A stretch of 64,000 bases of DNA from Octopus sinensis (GCF_006345805.1 NC_043008.1:19654001-19718000), one strand, 5' to 3'. Numbered from the stretch's first letter, positions 15,759 through 30,541 are shown. Notes: generated from the letters alone by a model not told the origin. A program made the numbers and translations.

Positions 15759-16160
15759 AAGACTGGCTGTGTGGTAAGTAGCTTGCTTACCAACAACATG
15801 GTTCCGGGTTCAATCCCACCTCGTGGCAACTTGGGCAAGTGTCTTCTACTATAGCCTCGGGCCGACCAAAGCCTTTGAGTGGATTTGGTAGACGGAAACT
15901 GAAAGAAGCCCATCGTATATATGTATATATATGTATGTGTCGTGTGTATTTGTGTGTCTGTGTTTGTCCCCCTAACATTGCTTGACAACCGATGCTGGTG
16001 TGTTTATGTCCCCGTAACTTAGCGGCTCGGCAAAAGGGACCGATAGAATAAGTACTGGGCTTACAAAGAATAAGTCCCGGGGTCGAGTTCCTCGATTAAA
16101 GGTGGTGCTCCAGCATGGCCGCAGTCAAATGACTGAAACAAGTAAAAGAGTAAAAGAGTA
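15759..16160 (+). mobile_element. ~410-bp tRNA-derived SINE family C (probably the octopus OK family, unverified)
   Basis: tggctgtgtggtaag A-box, gggttcaatccc B-box, internal (TA/TG) tract, tail gactgaaacaagtaaaagagtaaaagag. Confidence 0.9.
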
Positions 16161-16379
16161 TCCAATTTTCTTCCCAAAATATACTTGCGTTGGGCCATCA
16201 TGTAGGTGATATATTTTTTGCCCGTAAAAATAACAAAAAATATCAGGTTACAAATAAAAGAGGATCATACATGGCAGTTTTTTTGTGCTGGTGTAGGTAT
16301 GATATATTTTCATTAAAAAAAAATTTGCCGTTTAGGCTCCTGTTTCCTTTGTTCGTTGTTGTTTTTGTGGTTGTTGTTG

Positions 16380-16863
16380 TAGTCTTCTTCTCTTCTTCCA
16401 ATCAGGACACACGCCATTAGCCACAAAGAATAATCTCTAATTCGAGCCTACTCTAAGCTACTAAGAACGCGTGTGGAAACTTGAAGATCCACTCACTGGC
16501 AGACTGGCAGTTTCACGGCCGCGAAAGCTACGTTGTTATCCTCATTCCGTAAACGGTGGCTTTTAACCGGTGGAGAGATGAACCATCGTGGGGTGCAGAG
16601 GGTTCGCAATCGAGCCTAGGGTCTGAAAGTTTACCACACCATAGTGGGTTACACTATGGTCCCTCTGCTTTGTTGTAGAAGTTGGATGTAAGTGTGAGAG
16701 AAAGTTGTGGTGAAAGAGTATAGTGCCCCCACCCCCCGCCGGAGGCTCGCAGAGCTTAGGTGTTTTTGCTCAATAAACACTCACAATGCCCGGTCTGGGA
16801 ATCGAAATTGCGTTCTTATGACCGCGAGTCCCCTGTCCTAACCACTGCACCATTGCGCCTCCA
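16380..16863 (-). mobile_element. tRNA-derived SINE, head H1 + third tail T3
   Basis: H1 head at ~16690-16863, then an unrelated ~300-bp body ending in gaa/caa repeats. Confidence 0.7.
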
Positions 16864-17535
16864 CGGGTGTTGTTTTATTCGGTGTTAATAATGGCAATGT
16901 TGTTGATGTTTATCGTCGTTCCTGAACTTGCTGCTACTAATTTTGTCCATGTATTTGTCGAGTGGAACTGACTGCGAAAGACATCTTCGCCATGAAAACC
17001 ACCTCCACTCTTCGCTTCTTGGTTTCATGACAAATACAACGCCATATTAATGTTTTTCCAATATTTCGAAAAGAAATATTTACGTTTCGAAATTTCACCC
17101 CTTGGGGTAGATAAAAATAATGTTTGCTAAGAAGCACTATCCAACAAAACAGGAAACGAAACTGATAGACTTATAAGAATGAAAACAACCAAAAGAGTCA
17201 CAGAGTTTTCGTCACACGTTTTGTGTTGGTGATAAACAAGAAGAAAAACAATAATATTCCTTTCTACTATGGGCACAAGGTCTGAAATTTGGGGAGGAGA
17301 TGATTTGATTACCTCGACCCCAATGTTTATCGACCCCAAAATGACAAAAGGCAAAGTCCACCTCAGCCGAATTTGAACCTAGAACGTGAAAATAAACGAA
17401 ATACCGCTAAGAATTTTCCCCGGCGTGCTAAACATAATAACAACAACAACAACAACAACAACAACACTAATTACAACAGCAATAATAATATTAATAATAA
17501 CAACAACACCAATAACAGCAACAGCAACAACAATA

Positions 17536-17621
<86 letters not shown>

Positions 17622-18183
17622 CTGAGAGATTTTTAAAACGCTTTGTTGAAGATGATTTGGAGCAATAAGTTAAACAATACAAATACTATCTGCACGGAAT
17701 GATAAAGCCTCTACAGGAAGCATATCTACCTTAATTTTCACACATCACCTTAAAGAAGTGTCTTTTATTAGATAATGCAGTTTGGGATGCATAAAGCCGG
17801 CTAAATAGAGTCCGTTAGAATGTCTTTCATCACAGGTATGTTTGATTTGGTCTGGTAAGGATTGTACAATAACCACATACCAGAGCTGTAAAACTGAATA
17901 TTACTGGTTGTACATCTAGCAACTCATAAAACACGCTACAGTCTCGTGGGGTGTTTAACGTCTCAGATGATAAGGATATAGATGAATTTAACTACATTGT
18001 CAATAAATGCAACAGCAAAAACAGTGAAGTATTAAACTATGAGATGGGAAAAAATGGACAGAAGGACAGAATATGTTTCCTCATCTTATAATAGAATACT
18101 TGGTGGTTCCTATCAAAGGCATTTGCAGATCGAAACTTACACATGCCCACTGTTTGGTTACTTATGAATATTTCTGAAACTAA

Positions 18184-18555
18184 GGCGGCGAGTTGGCAGA
18201 AACGTTAGCACGCCGGGCGAAATGCTTAGCCGTATTTAATCTGTCGCTACGTTCTGAGTTTAAATTCCGCCTTTCATTCTTTCGGGGTCGATTAAATACG
18301 TTCCAGTTGCGTACTGGGGTCGATATAATCGACTTAATCCATGTGTCTGTCCTTGTTTGTCCTCTCTGTGTTTAGGCCCTTCTGGGTAGTAAAGAAATAT
18401 GTATTTCGTCTGCTGCTAAGTTCAAATTCCGTCGAGGTCAACTTTGCTTTTCATCATTTCGATGTCTACAAATTAATTACCAGTTATGTACTGAGGTAGA
18501 TCTAATCGATTGGCCCTTCCCCCAAAATTTCGGGCCTTGTGCCCAAAATAGAAAA
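18184..18555 (+). mobile_element. Family B SINE, dimeric, with up to 18-bp TSD
   Basis: ggcggcgagttggcagaaacgttagcacgccgggcgaaatgcttagc head. gaatatttctgaaactaa at 18166-18183 and 18556-18573. The second half repeats gtatttcgtctg..ttcaaattccg..gaggtc. Confidence 0.9.
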
Positions 18556-18639
18556 GAATATTTCTGAAACTAATTGATGATCCCATTCTCCTTCATATTT
18601 TGTTCTTCTTATGACAGTATTTATTAAAGTGTATTATCA

Positions 18640-18828
18640 GTAAGAAGATAAAGTTGCAACTGTACCCAACAATTGGTTTTCCAACCGCCATCTAAACTTG
18701 AAACCTGGAAGAAAGCAATGAGGATTGCTTTCTTCTCAGTTGCTGGGCGTGTTCAAGCGACGTTGTCTACGTTCAGTCCTGGGTAACGATGATGTGAGAA
18801 ACAAAGATGTATGTGCGCAACACACACA

Positions 18829-18830
<2 letters not shown>
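18640..18830 (+). mobile_element. Possible RTE-type LINE remnant
   Basis: ETW followed by LGVFKRRCLRSVLGNDDVRNKDV resembles the post-RT region of RTE elements. Short and degenerate. Confidence 0.4.
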
Positions 18831-18864
<34 letters not shown>

Positions 18865-19142
18865 CATATTAATTTTTAACGATTCGTATAAAGATCGCAA
18901 TATGTTCAGTTTTGGGGAAACTGTGAAACGTAGCTTGCATATAGGAACAATAGCACGACCAGCTTATATGTAAATATCAAAAGAGATTATGCTGTGTAAA
19001 AAATATATTGGTACTTCCAATTTCATACGGTCCTTTTAATTTTCGTCCTCTACTTCATATCTCACTTAGACTTCTCCTTGTATCGCACTCCCTAGGTTTG
19101 TCAGTGTATCCTTAAATGTCTGTATATCTTCAAGTGTTCGCA

Positions 19143-19206
<64 letters not shown>

Positions 19207-19592
19207 CGTGTATGTATATATATATATATACATTCTGAGATTTAATTATGTCTATGTATATATATATATATACATTCTGAGATTTAATTATGCTTACTGT
19301 TCGTTTTTCGACATCAGTGGCAGACGCCATTAGAAAAACTTATATCTATTTGCAAAGGAGCCTTCACCTTCATCGCTACCTGGTGGTTGCCGCCCGTTGA
19401 CGAGGGACAAACATCCTGAAACTAGTTCGAGCGTATTACTCAGGCTTGCGAGGAAGGGATGGCCTCCCTTTGCAAATACAGATATTGTGTTTAGAGCCAG
19501 CTAGAGACGAAGATCTTTTGGGGCTATAAAGCTACGGTAACAACCCCCTCCCCAATGTGGTTAGCCATGATAAGATGGCTTTTATACTTTAC

Positions 19593-19633
<41 letters not shown>

Positions 19634-20620
19634 TACATTTAGTAAAATGAAGTACTGAACCCCCAACCTATGAATCAAATAACCACATAATATAATTTCT
19701 AAATTACTTGAATAGACTATATAAATATACATAAATATATAATGCAATAATTAAAATAAAATAAATATAAAACTAAAATTATACAATAACAAATAAGACA
19801 TACATCCCAATAAAGGTAAATTTGAAAATAGTAATAGAGGATAATTTAGAAGTAAAACTATGTGTAGGGTAATTACCCTCCTTGGTACTAATTACCTATA
19901 AATACCCAAAGCTACCAGCTATCTTCTTCCTCAAATCCCCATTTTAGTTCCAGCAAAAAAAAGGAAGAAATATATTTGAATTTTTCTAGTTATATATTAC
20001 ATTTAAACACAGAAATATATATTTATTCCGATGTTTAATCTTATATCTCAGGTTCTGTATTTGGCATATACATGATTTTACATGATTGATATATATACTA
20101 ATTCATATTTACAATTTATAATTCATTCATTTTAATTCTTAATATTACAAAGTATAATTTTTATACTTAATTTTTAATCTTTAATGCTTAACTCTATTGC
20201 TTATTTTTAAAGGGATGTAAAATAAGATATATACTATTTTGAAATGGAACCTGAATATGTGTTGGAATAATTGCAAATCTGACGTTTGCATATATATATC
20301 TATATATGTATATATATATATATATATATATAGATATATAATATATATATATATATATATGTTGTAATCTTCCATTACTGAAACACGTGTAGCTACTTCA
20401 TATTTAATAAATATAAGTTTTATCTATAGTATAATATAATTAATGAAGTATATCATTTAATCAGCTGCTAATTTTGGCAATATCGTTTCGTGAGTTGAAA
20501 ACTGATACCATGCGCTTAGTGTCAGATGTACTACTCGTTAGGTCACTTTTGTATTATCTGAAATAAAATACCCGCATATCGATTAATTCCAAAAGGTTGA
20601 ATACATACACACACATATAT

Positions 20621-20682
<62 letters not shown>

Positions 20683-20755
20683 TATATATATATATATGAT
20701 ATATATATATATGTATGTATATATATATAATATATATATATATATGTATGTATAT

Positions 20756-20789
<34 letters not shown>

Positions 20790-20859
20790 ATATAAATATA
20801 TATATATATATATTATATATATATATAATTATATATATATATATATATTATATATATAT

Positions 20860-20904
<45 letters not shown>

Positions 20905-20913
20905 GTATGTATG

Positions 20914-20949
<36 letters not shown>

Positions 20950-21121
20950 TGTATATATATGTATATATATATGTATATATATATGTATATATATATGTAT
21001 GTATATATATATATACATCTATATAAATATGTATATATACATGTATGTATATGTATATACATACATCTCTCTCTATATATATATATATATACATGTATAT
21101 GTATATATATACATATACATT

Positions 21122-21154
<33 letters not shown>

Positions 21155-21960
21155 TATATATATAATATATATATATATACCTATATGTACAAACATATAT
21201 ATGAATATATATGCATGTATATATATGTGTGTGTATATATATATACATACATTAAGCCAATATATATATGACAGTTTGGTAGGCGGCGAGCTCTTAGATT
21301 CCTCAGCATGCCAGTCAAAATGTTTTGTAACTGCATTTGGTCTATCGTTACCTTCTGAATTCGAATTCCGCCGCCGTCGACTTTTCTTTCCAGTACTAAT
21401 GATTTAGTCGACTAAGCCCTTCCCATAAAATTCAGGTCTTTCCTCTCTTCTACGAAAATTGTTTACAGCTATTTGCTCAAATCTATCTTGTCCGGATTCT
21501 TGAATGCCTATGTCAGAGGGAAACACATACGTTCCCTATTATTTGATTCAATTCATTTCAAAAAGGTGCCGGTCTCTGTAAAGAAGACGAAGAGAATATG
21601 ATTAAATGAGAAAGTTTGCATTCAATCATTTCTGAAATAGAGCTGACAGCATAAAACTTTTCAAATATATGCAAAACGTAAATATAAGCCAAAATAATGT
21701 TTAATCTTTCATCCTATTTGTATTATCTACGAAAACAGATTTATAATTTGCATAATTACTCTATTTTAATTAAAAAATAAAACCTTGTTTGTTTAGCAAA
21801 TGGCAGAAGTGGCAGTATATGTCACCTTAGGTGATGGCCCTTTCATGAAAAAGATTATGTAGGTGAATATTTTGGGGTATCCGTATGCATAGACCTACAA
21901 CTTTCAACATACATACATTCACACGAATGCCACCATGCATGTTTGTGTTTGTACGTATAT

Positions 21961-22026
<66 letters not shown>

Positions 22027-22055
22027 ACATATATGTATGATATATATATATATAT

Positions 22056-22086
<31 letters not shown>

Positions 22087-22173
22087 ATATATATACATAT
22101 ATATATATTATATATATATACGTATATATACATATGTGTATGTATATATATATTTAGATATCTGTATATATGA

Positions 22174-22228
<55 letters not shown>

Positions 22229-22473
22229 TGTATATCTATGTGTGTCTGTGTTTTTCCCCCATACCGATGCTGTAGTGTCTACGTCCGCGTAAGCCCAGCG
22301 GTTCGGCAAAAGAGACCGATAGAATAACTACTATGCTTACAAAGAAAAAATACTGGGGTTGATTTACTCGACTAAAGGCGGTGCCCCAGTATGGCCGCAG
22401 TCAAATGACTGAAACAAATATAAGAATAAAGACTATATATATAATTTTGTGTGTATACATATATATATATATA

Positions 22474-22703
22474 AATTTATATATAGAGGGCATTATACAT
22501 ACATGCCAGAAGGCATTATACATACATGCCAAACGCTAAGAGGGACAATTAGTCATTTCTACCAAAAATATTACTAATCCCACCGAATGCAATTTTTCAA
22601 AGTAAGACATTTAAAAAAATATGACTAATTGTCCCTCTTAGCGTTTGGCATGTATGTATAATGCCTTCTGGCATGTATGTATAATGCCCTCTATATATAA
22701 ATT
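22474..22703. mobile_element. MITE/fold-back element with perfect 83-bp terminal inverted repeats
   Basis: 22474-22556 is the exact reverse complement of 22621-22703; 64-bp spacer. Confidence 0.85.
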
Positions 22704-22822
22704 AATATGTTCAATAAGAAATAATTATTTTCGAAATTTTTTCTCTTATGAGGTTTTTACGCTATCTACCTGACAATTTCTTGTTAAGTTTTCCTTATTA
22801 AGTAGTTGTCCTTAATTGCTAA

Positions 22823-22852
<30 letters not shown>

Positions 22853-22859
<7 letters not shown>

Positions 22860-23140
22860 ACCGACCACACCATCACATGTTGTTACACATCGCTTGTCAC
22901 AATGCGTTCGCATTGTTTCAGCCTTCGAATGACGCCACCCCGCTGGCTAAGCAAGCAGGCCAACAGAAGAAAGAGTGAGAGAAAGAGTGGTGAAAGAGTA
23001 CAGCAGGGATCACCACCCCCTGCCTCGTGGAGCGTTTAGGTGTTTTCGCTCAATAAACACTCACAACGCCCGGTCTGGGAATCGAAACCGCGATCCTGCG
23101 ACGGCGAGTCCGCTGCCCTAACCACTAGGCCATTGCGTCT

Positions 23141-23143
<3 letters not shown>
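22853..23143 (-). mobile_element. tRNA-derived SINE, head H1 + tail T2
   Basis: Same H1 head as 43170-42990; different tail ggcctgcttgcttagccagcggggtggcgtcattcgaagg..cacgtgat. Confidence 0.85.
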
Positions 23144-23176
<33 letters not shown>

Positions 23177-23209
23177 ATATATATATATAAATATATATGT
23201 ATATATATG

Positions 23210-23256
<47 letters not shown>

Positions 23257-23261
23257 GTATA

Positions 23262-23293
<32 letters not shown>

Positions 23294-25684
23294 AATATAA
23301 ACATATATATATGTTTATATATATAAGTATTTTTATACAGTAGTAATTTCCGTGGTTCAAAGTATGTTGGTCATCAGTTTTCACATTAAATAGCTTATCA
23401 TTTTCTCACCAAATTAAGTGCGAATGATCTCCTTTGCTGTCTTATTTTATTGGCCAAAAAAAACAACCGTCTAAATAAAGAGTGTCTTTGAAGAAATTAT
23501 ATAATAAAAGTGAGGCATCTTTTTATCTTTTCTTTATCAAACTTTTAGCTATCGATCTGTTATTATTTTAAAATATACAATATCGAACCCTTTGTTCTGT
23601 TCTTCGCTGGTATTATTAGCGCGATTTTTATCAAATAACATGGTATTACATTTTATATCAGTAAAATCTTTTTATAATGGTTCTTTAAATAAAATCCATT
23701 AGTAAATCGGCTTGTAACCACGTGTTTACACGGTCGATATTAGGGAATATATATATATATATATATACTATATAGTCGTTCCGGTACATTATATCGTTTC
23801 ACTTTATTTGCTATTTATATTTTATTTGTAGAAGAAATGAAAGTTATAGGGCGTGTCTAAACAAAACGGAGACTTTTATATCGCGGATGCTGGTTTCGAA
23901 CAACGCATGCACAACATAATTTCATAATGAAAACTGATATAACTCGTGCATAGAATTTCATGAGACCTGAGCGCATCCGGATTTTCATGGTAGGCTTATA
24001 GAAAAAAGAATCGTGTGCAAGAGATACTAGTCCAGCACAGGATGAATACACAGGTGGCACTGATTCCCTTTAAACGCTCCTAGAATTTAAAATGCTTTGA
24101 TTATAATGTCTATGTTTTACAGCCAAACAACTAACCAAAAATAATCCACTTTACGAAGCCAGATATCTTTCAGTACCTTTTATAATTGTAGAGAATGTAA
24201 TGTTTTTCTTGGGTCTTCGTGATCACAGTGTCGGTTATTCAGTTTCCATTGTGTGCAAATGAACAAGATCACCAAAATTAACTCTGAACGGGTGGCCACT
24301 GCGTCGTAGGATTCAAAACCAACAATTTTGAGCGAAGACGGTTAATCGATTACATCGATCCGATTACTTGAGGGTTCTTTATTTCATTGACTCTGAAAGA
24401 ACGTCAGTCAAACTCACGTCAGCGGAATATGAGGAACCGGATTAAATACTGCTAATCATTTTGTTCCGGATTCTAATGATTCTGCCTGCTTTAGAGAGTA
24501 TACAGAAGATTGCAACTTCGCAAAAGTTTTTTTCTTAACCTTTGAATGCTAATTCAAATTCCAGCATCAAAATTTGGTTCACGGTTCAAATTTCTGGCTA
24601 GAAATTTATTGGATAAACTGTTAAACTCAGACTGTTAAACCATTTGCTGTAAAACGATTTTGTTTGAAGGTACCCCGTACTGAGGTCAGTGTCAAAATTG
24701 TATTACCGTCTATTCACTACAAGCTAACTTTTTAGTTTAAAAGTAAGCTGAAATTGTTTTCTGCTTAGGTTGAGCCAAGTTAGTTATTATCAGAATAATT
24801 TAACTTGACATAAACCGAAGATACCACCGGAAAATGAACCATCTTAATTCGAGTATGAATTATATAATGTTACATCAATATTCAGTCGAAGTTTAACTAA
24901 CTTGAATTGTATTTTAACCCAAACCATCATAAAGAGACACGAAACTGCTTATTCGTTCTTTATAGTAACTTCATATATAAATCTTGATACAATGATTAAA
25001 CGTAATACTTTCTTCGCAAAGCAAAATACGTTATATACGCAAATAAATGTATCCATAATCGAAAGCGGCGAGCTGGCAGAAACGTTAGCACGCCGTGCGT
25101 TCTGCGTTCAAATTCTGCCGAGGTCGACTTTGCCTTTCATCCTTTCGGGGTCGATATATTAAGTACCAGTTACGCACTGGGGTAGATTTAATCGACTTAA
25201 TCCGTTTGTTTGTCCTTGTTTGTCCTCTTTGTGTTTAGCCCCTTGTGAGTAGTTAAAAATAAAATAAAATAAATGTACCCATAATTTATGAATATCTGTG
25301 AGTGTATATGAGTGTACCTTGTTACTCACGTTTCATGGGTTCAAATCCACAGCTGTTTTTTTTTCAATGTATTTAGGTTCCGAAAATGCCATTCCGTATT
25401 ACATCAATGTTGCAAACTCTTAGAAGTTGGTACCGCTTTTTTCCGGTGAACGGTTCGAAAGTTAAATACAATACAATCAAATACACAAAATACACACAGT
25501 TGCATAAATATATTTTTTTACAAACGAACGGCTGACCATTTAACATCTAAAAATTGACTAGATTTATCGCACGCTGGCAAGAATATATCAATAACTACAT
25601 TTTTGTTTACTTTATTTCATGAATTCAGTAATATATAATTCCGTTTCACCCTTAAATATATATATCTTCTAACTTCAAAATAAT

Positions 25685-25766
<82 letters not shown>

Positions 25767-26259
25767 ATATAATATATATATATATATATATATCTATATA
25801 TATATATATATATATATATCTATATATATATGTATATATGTATATATATATATATATATTATATATATATATTATATATATATATATATATTATATATAT
25901 ATATAAACATCTGCATATATGTTATTAGAACTTCTCACATATGCCAAATATTAACCTCATAAATATCCCAAGTGTATCGGAAAGTAGAGGGTGCATTTTG
26001 CTGTATCAGCCATCTCGGAAGATTTATAATAGCGGAAGAAATGCTGTCAGGTCAGAGTAATTGATCGCTCAGTTCAAAAGTGGCAAATATGTTTCATCGT
26101 ATTCATGACAACAGGATTTACAGTATAGAATTGTCAGCAAAGAAAACGGAGCATCGACAGGGACATACATCCAATGACAGAGCTGATAAATGTTGTGAAC
26201 TTGTATAAATAAACGCCTTTGTTGGGCACGCTTGTGTATTCGAACATATGTATATATAT

Positions 26260-26311
<52 letters not shown>

Positions 26312-26370
26312 TACGAAAGTACATATATGTAGACATATACATATACAGACATACATATATATATATATAT

Positions 26371-26414
<44 letters not shown>

Positions 26415-27821
26415 ATATATATATATATATATAATATATATATATATACACGCGCACACATATATATATATACGCATATATTTATATAAGTGTGTATGTA
26501 TGTGAGTGTGGGTGTATGTAAATTCCATATGTTTGGGTGTATAATTAAGCACTACAGCACAAACATAGAATTTTGCATGAATAAGAATGAACTTACCCAT
26601 AAATCTCTGTAAATGTTTGACCTTAAGTCTATGTCACACGCACACGCGTGCAAAATACACATACATTCATGCATACATTCATTTATATTTACGCACACAC
26701 ACATAGACACACAAACACACACACACACACAGTACTGAAATATTTAGGGAAACGAAAATATACGTTTGGTTATAAAAACAGGGATATAGAACTAAAATTA
26801 TGAGTATGTAGAATCATTTAGCATCGCTTTCATATTATCATTTTTTCATCTAAAAATTCCTTCTTCATAATTTGAATTGTTATGTTCTACGTCCCCAATG
26901 TTTTGTAGTGTCCCTCTCTACGTCGCCCCTAGTGGGTAATAAAGAAATGAGAGTATGTAGAGTCATTATTTCATCGGCAGAAATTACAAAGGGACACAGT
27001 AGAAAGAGCTTTTTGTGAATTCGGAACTAATCAAACGAAAACCAAAGTTTTCTAGTATCTAGTTATTATAAAAGTTTTACTAAAGTTGATTATTTTTTTT
27101 ACGGTATTGATGTCCATTCAGAGAAGCCTTTTTAGATGCTGATGGAAGAAAAGCAGAAATATTGATACCGAATTACTTTAAAGTCACGCTATAATATCTA
27201 ATACAGTGAACTTAAAACTTAAGACTAGTCGGTTTTAGGGTGTTTAATTGTTAAATATATGTTTCATCTAAATTAGAATTAATATATAATATTGTTTTCT
27301 AACTGGTACTTAATTTATCGAACCCGAAAGGCAAAGTCGATCTCGGCGGAGTTTGAACTCAGAACGTTAAGATAGACGAAATGCCGCTAAGCATTTCGCC
27401 CGGCGTGCTAATATTTCTGCCAGCTCACTCCCTGTAATGTATAATATTCTGAAATATGTTTAGTAATTAGTATATCCCTCCAATAAAACACCTTAAATCG
27501 CTGAGTCTTGGTAGCAACATTAGGCCTCGTCATGTATAGTAATTCATCCGATCAATTATTATGCATTAATATAATCAAGCTCGTATTTTCATCTTGGATG
27601 ATGTCTTAGATATGCCCATGTTTTGAATATGACATCATAATGTCACACTCGATCACGGAATCTCGAAATTTTGAAGCTATATCTATATTTCATCCATACT
27701 ACAACGATATGCTTTTCTTATTGCATTTTTAACGCCAAACATATTCTCGTAATTGTGATTCGTTTGCACTTTACTTCTTCTGTTGGAAACAGTATGCATA
27801 TATATACACATATAAATACAT

Positions 27822-28067
27822 ACTGGTGTTCCACAAGGTACTGTCTTAAGGCCATTACTCTTCATAGTGGTTCTCTCAGATATGCCCTCAATTATTCAGA
27901 TAGCCACCCTGGCTAGCTATGCAGATGACACAAGAATCTCTCAGAAAATACAAGATACTGGAAATATTGCACATATGCAACGAGAGTTGGACGCAATATA
28001 CAGGTGGCCTGAGGGCAACAGCATGCAGTGTAATACAGGAAAATTCTAAGCACTGCGCTACCAGCCT
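27822..28067 (+). mobile_element. CR1/L2-group LINE reverse transcriptase fragment
   Basis: TGVPQGTVLRPLLFIVVLSDMP..LASYADDTRISQKI..MQRELDAIYRW..NSMQCNTGKF*ALRYQ; YADD motif and an in-frame stop. Confidence 0.85.
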
Positions 28068-29084
28068 ACAAATATATGTGTATATATTTGTGTGTATATA
28101 TTTGTGTATACCTGTATATTTATATAAAATATACAACATAATTTATTGGGATATGCAATACTATGAATTAGATACAGCCCGCCCATCTATGCATGTTGCA
28201 GAACTTAATTTAACAGTGGCTATATACATTCTTAACCGCTAGTGTAATACATACGTAAGCACTGAAATTACTTGATAAATCAATAATTGCCATCCCTTAA
28301 TCACTAATACTCATAACTGTTCAATTCAACGTTATATGCTTCTAAAACCTACTGATACAAGCGACCTATGGCCTTTTACGGCGTGTATTCATCGTTTACA
28401 TTTTTACTACTGCGAGTAACGGTTTCTTAATGACCAGCCTTTTGTTTTTGAAAATTAATTGACCAATAGTATTCTCTTACTCTCCAGTCTAGTCCTACTC
28501 CATACCTGTGGTTGTTTCAGGTATATTGCCTACTTATAATAATTAGTAAAATGCATACGAAAGCAATTAATAGCAAATTATAGTCAACTGTTATTATTTA
28601 ATTCTGTAACTACTGGTATTTCTAATTATTTTTTTTACTTAAACAAATTGTTTATTTAGTTATTATATAGTTAACCCACGCCTACCCCCTGTATATAGGA
28701 ACGTACCACTTAATATTATAACTATCCCTTATTATATTTCTAAACTCGAGTTGGTCGAATGTTTCACAGTGGGTCAGCATGTAGCACCAATTGATTGTCA
28801 CCGTTCTCACTTTCTCCTTTACTTTCTTTTTTTACCTATATTTTATTTCTTTTTCCGCTCGGAGGAAATTTCGAGATTCAATTTAGTATAACTAATTACT
28901 TAGAATGATAGCTATTATTACTATTATTGTGTTGGTTAGAATTGAGAATAACGCTATCAGAAACAGTTGTAAGTTGGGATTTTGTCTTTTTGTAATTAAT
29001 TAATAAATGATAATTGTTGTTAATCAATTGTTATTCATCAATTGTATCTCCATTTTCTGATTACCTGATATATATATATCCTCC

Positions 29085-29252
29085 ATGGAAACAATAATAG
29101 CAAGTGGTGTTCCACTGCAGTTTAATGCAGGAAAATTCCAAGCCATGCGCTACCAGCACACAAAACAGAATGATATGCAGAGAGGATACACTGTTCCGGG
29201 AGGAATTACAATCCCTGAATCAAAATCAGTGCGTGACCTGGGCATTTACATG
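29085..29252 (+). mobile_element. Second CR1/L2-group fragment of the same family, RT core deleted
   Basis: METIIASGVP joins directly to QFNAGKFQAMRYQ..YTVPGGITIPESKSVRDLGIYM. Confidence 0.75.
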
Positions 29253-30541
29253 GGAATGAGGCATCTTTCCAGTAGCATTTTGTCTATCTTTACATTCTGG
29301 GTTCAAATCCCACCGATATTGAATTTACCTTTCATCCTTTCGGTGTCGACAAAATAAGTAAGTGCTGGAAACTGAAGTCCATGTAATCGGCTTATCCCTT
29401 CCCAGGAATTACTATTATGGTGACATGTTTTTAGTAATATTGAATTGTTCTCGACCTTTATGCCTTTGCTTTTGAAAGATGATGCTATGCTTACAGGCGA
29501 GTTGTTACACTTAATTGCTTTTCTAACAATTACCTTTTCTCCTTGTTATGTCTTTCTTATTGCTACATATGTATTGTACAGGAGGTCGTTGACTGCAAAC
29601 AATTTTTATTCCCTTTCTATGGTTTGTGAGAACCAAAGTTCATATATTGTGGTTGGGTGATGTGGATAAATCATTCGTGTGCTGGCATCAAATGGAAGAC
29701 TAGCAAACATCACTGCACCACAGGAAGACAATAAAACATTACATAAAGTAAGAAACTGCAAATCGACAGGACAACATAAAATGGGTTCCATTGTACACCT
29801 ATGATGCACTGAATTTACTTTCAAGGCATCCTTATATTGGAAGCTCACATTTATTTCTCCGTGTTTAAATGTTTATTACCGTTTCAAAGATTTTCATGTC
29901 AACTGATCATGAGAAAAATGTGTCTATTCCAATGTTCGTATTTCATTGTAAACCCCTGTGAAAGTAAATAAGAGGAGAGACAAGTCGCACCAGTAAAATT
30001 AAAGCGAGAGGAACTCTAAGTAAACTTTTCAGGAATGGTGGGGTTGTCATTAATTACAAAAAAACTGTCAGACTAAGGAACTTGCGTGTGTTTGCGGGTG
30101 TACATTGTAAGTATAGATTTAAATGCAATAATGTTATATTTTATATATTTCTGTCTGATTTAAGATGCCATTTTTTCCATCCTCCGACTAAACTGGTTAA
30201 ACATTACGTGGAATCTTATATAGCACTATAGAGTATGAAAGAATCTTCACTAATATATGAAGTCACAATTTCTTACAAGATGATGGGGATTGGTAAAAGC
30301 GTCAACGCATTGGCCCAAATTTAATTCAGAATGTTCTCCAAAATTTACATTCTGCGTTCACATCATAGCAAAGTAAAATTTTTTTCGAGGTCGATAAATT
30401 GAAATACCAGTCAAAGGCTTTGATGTGTATAGTGTGTTATGTCACCCACCTAGATTTTGTACCGTGTATCTATATTAGTAATAGTTATGCTTATTAGAAA
30501 AATATATATACATATTGTCTTATATTTTTCTTTTGTTCCAG

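Noticed and set aside
15759-16160. tRNA-like A/B boxes as tRNA genes
   Set aside because: They are SINE heads followed by SINE bodies and tails and do not form complete cloverleafs.
19600-20300. AT-rich stretch resembling a mitochondrial insertion (NUMT)
   Set aside because: I could not fold a convincing tRNA or translate a recognisable mitochondrial protein on either strand. BLASTN against an octopus mitogenome would settle it.
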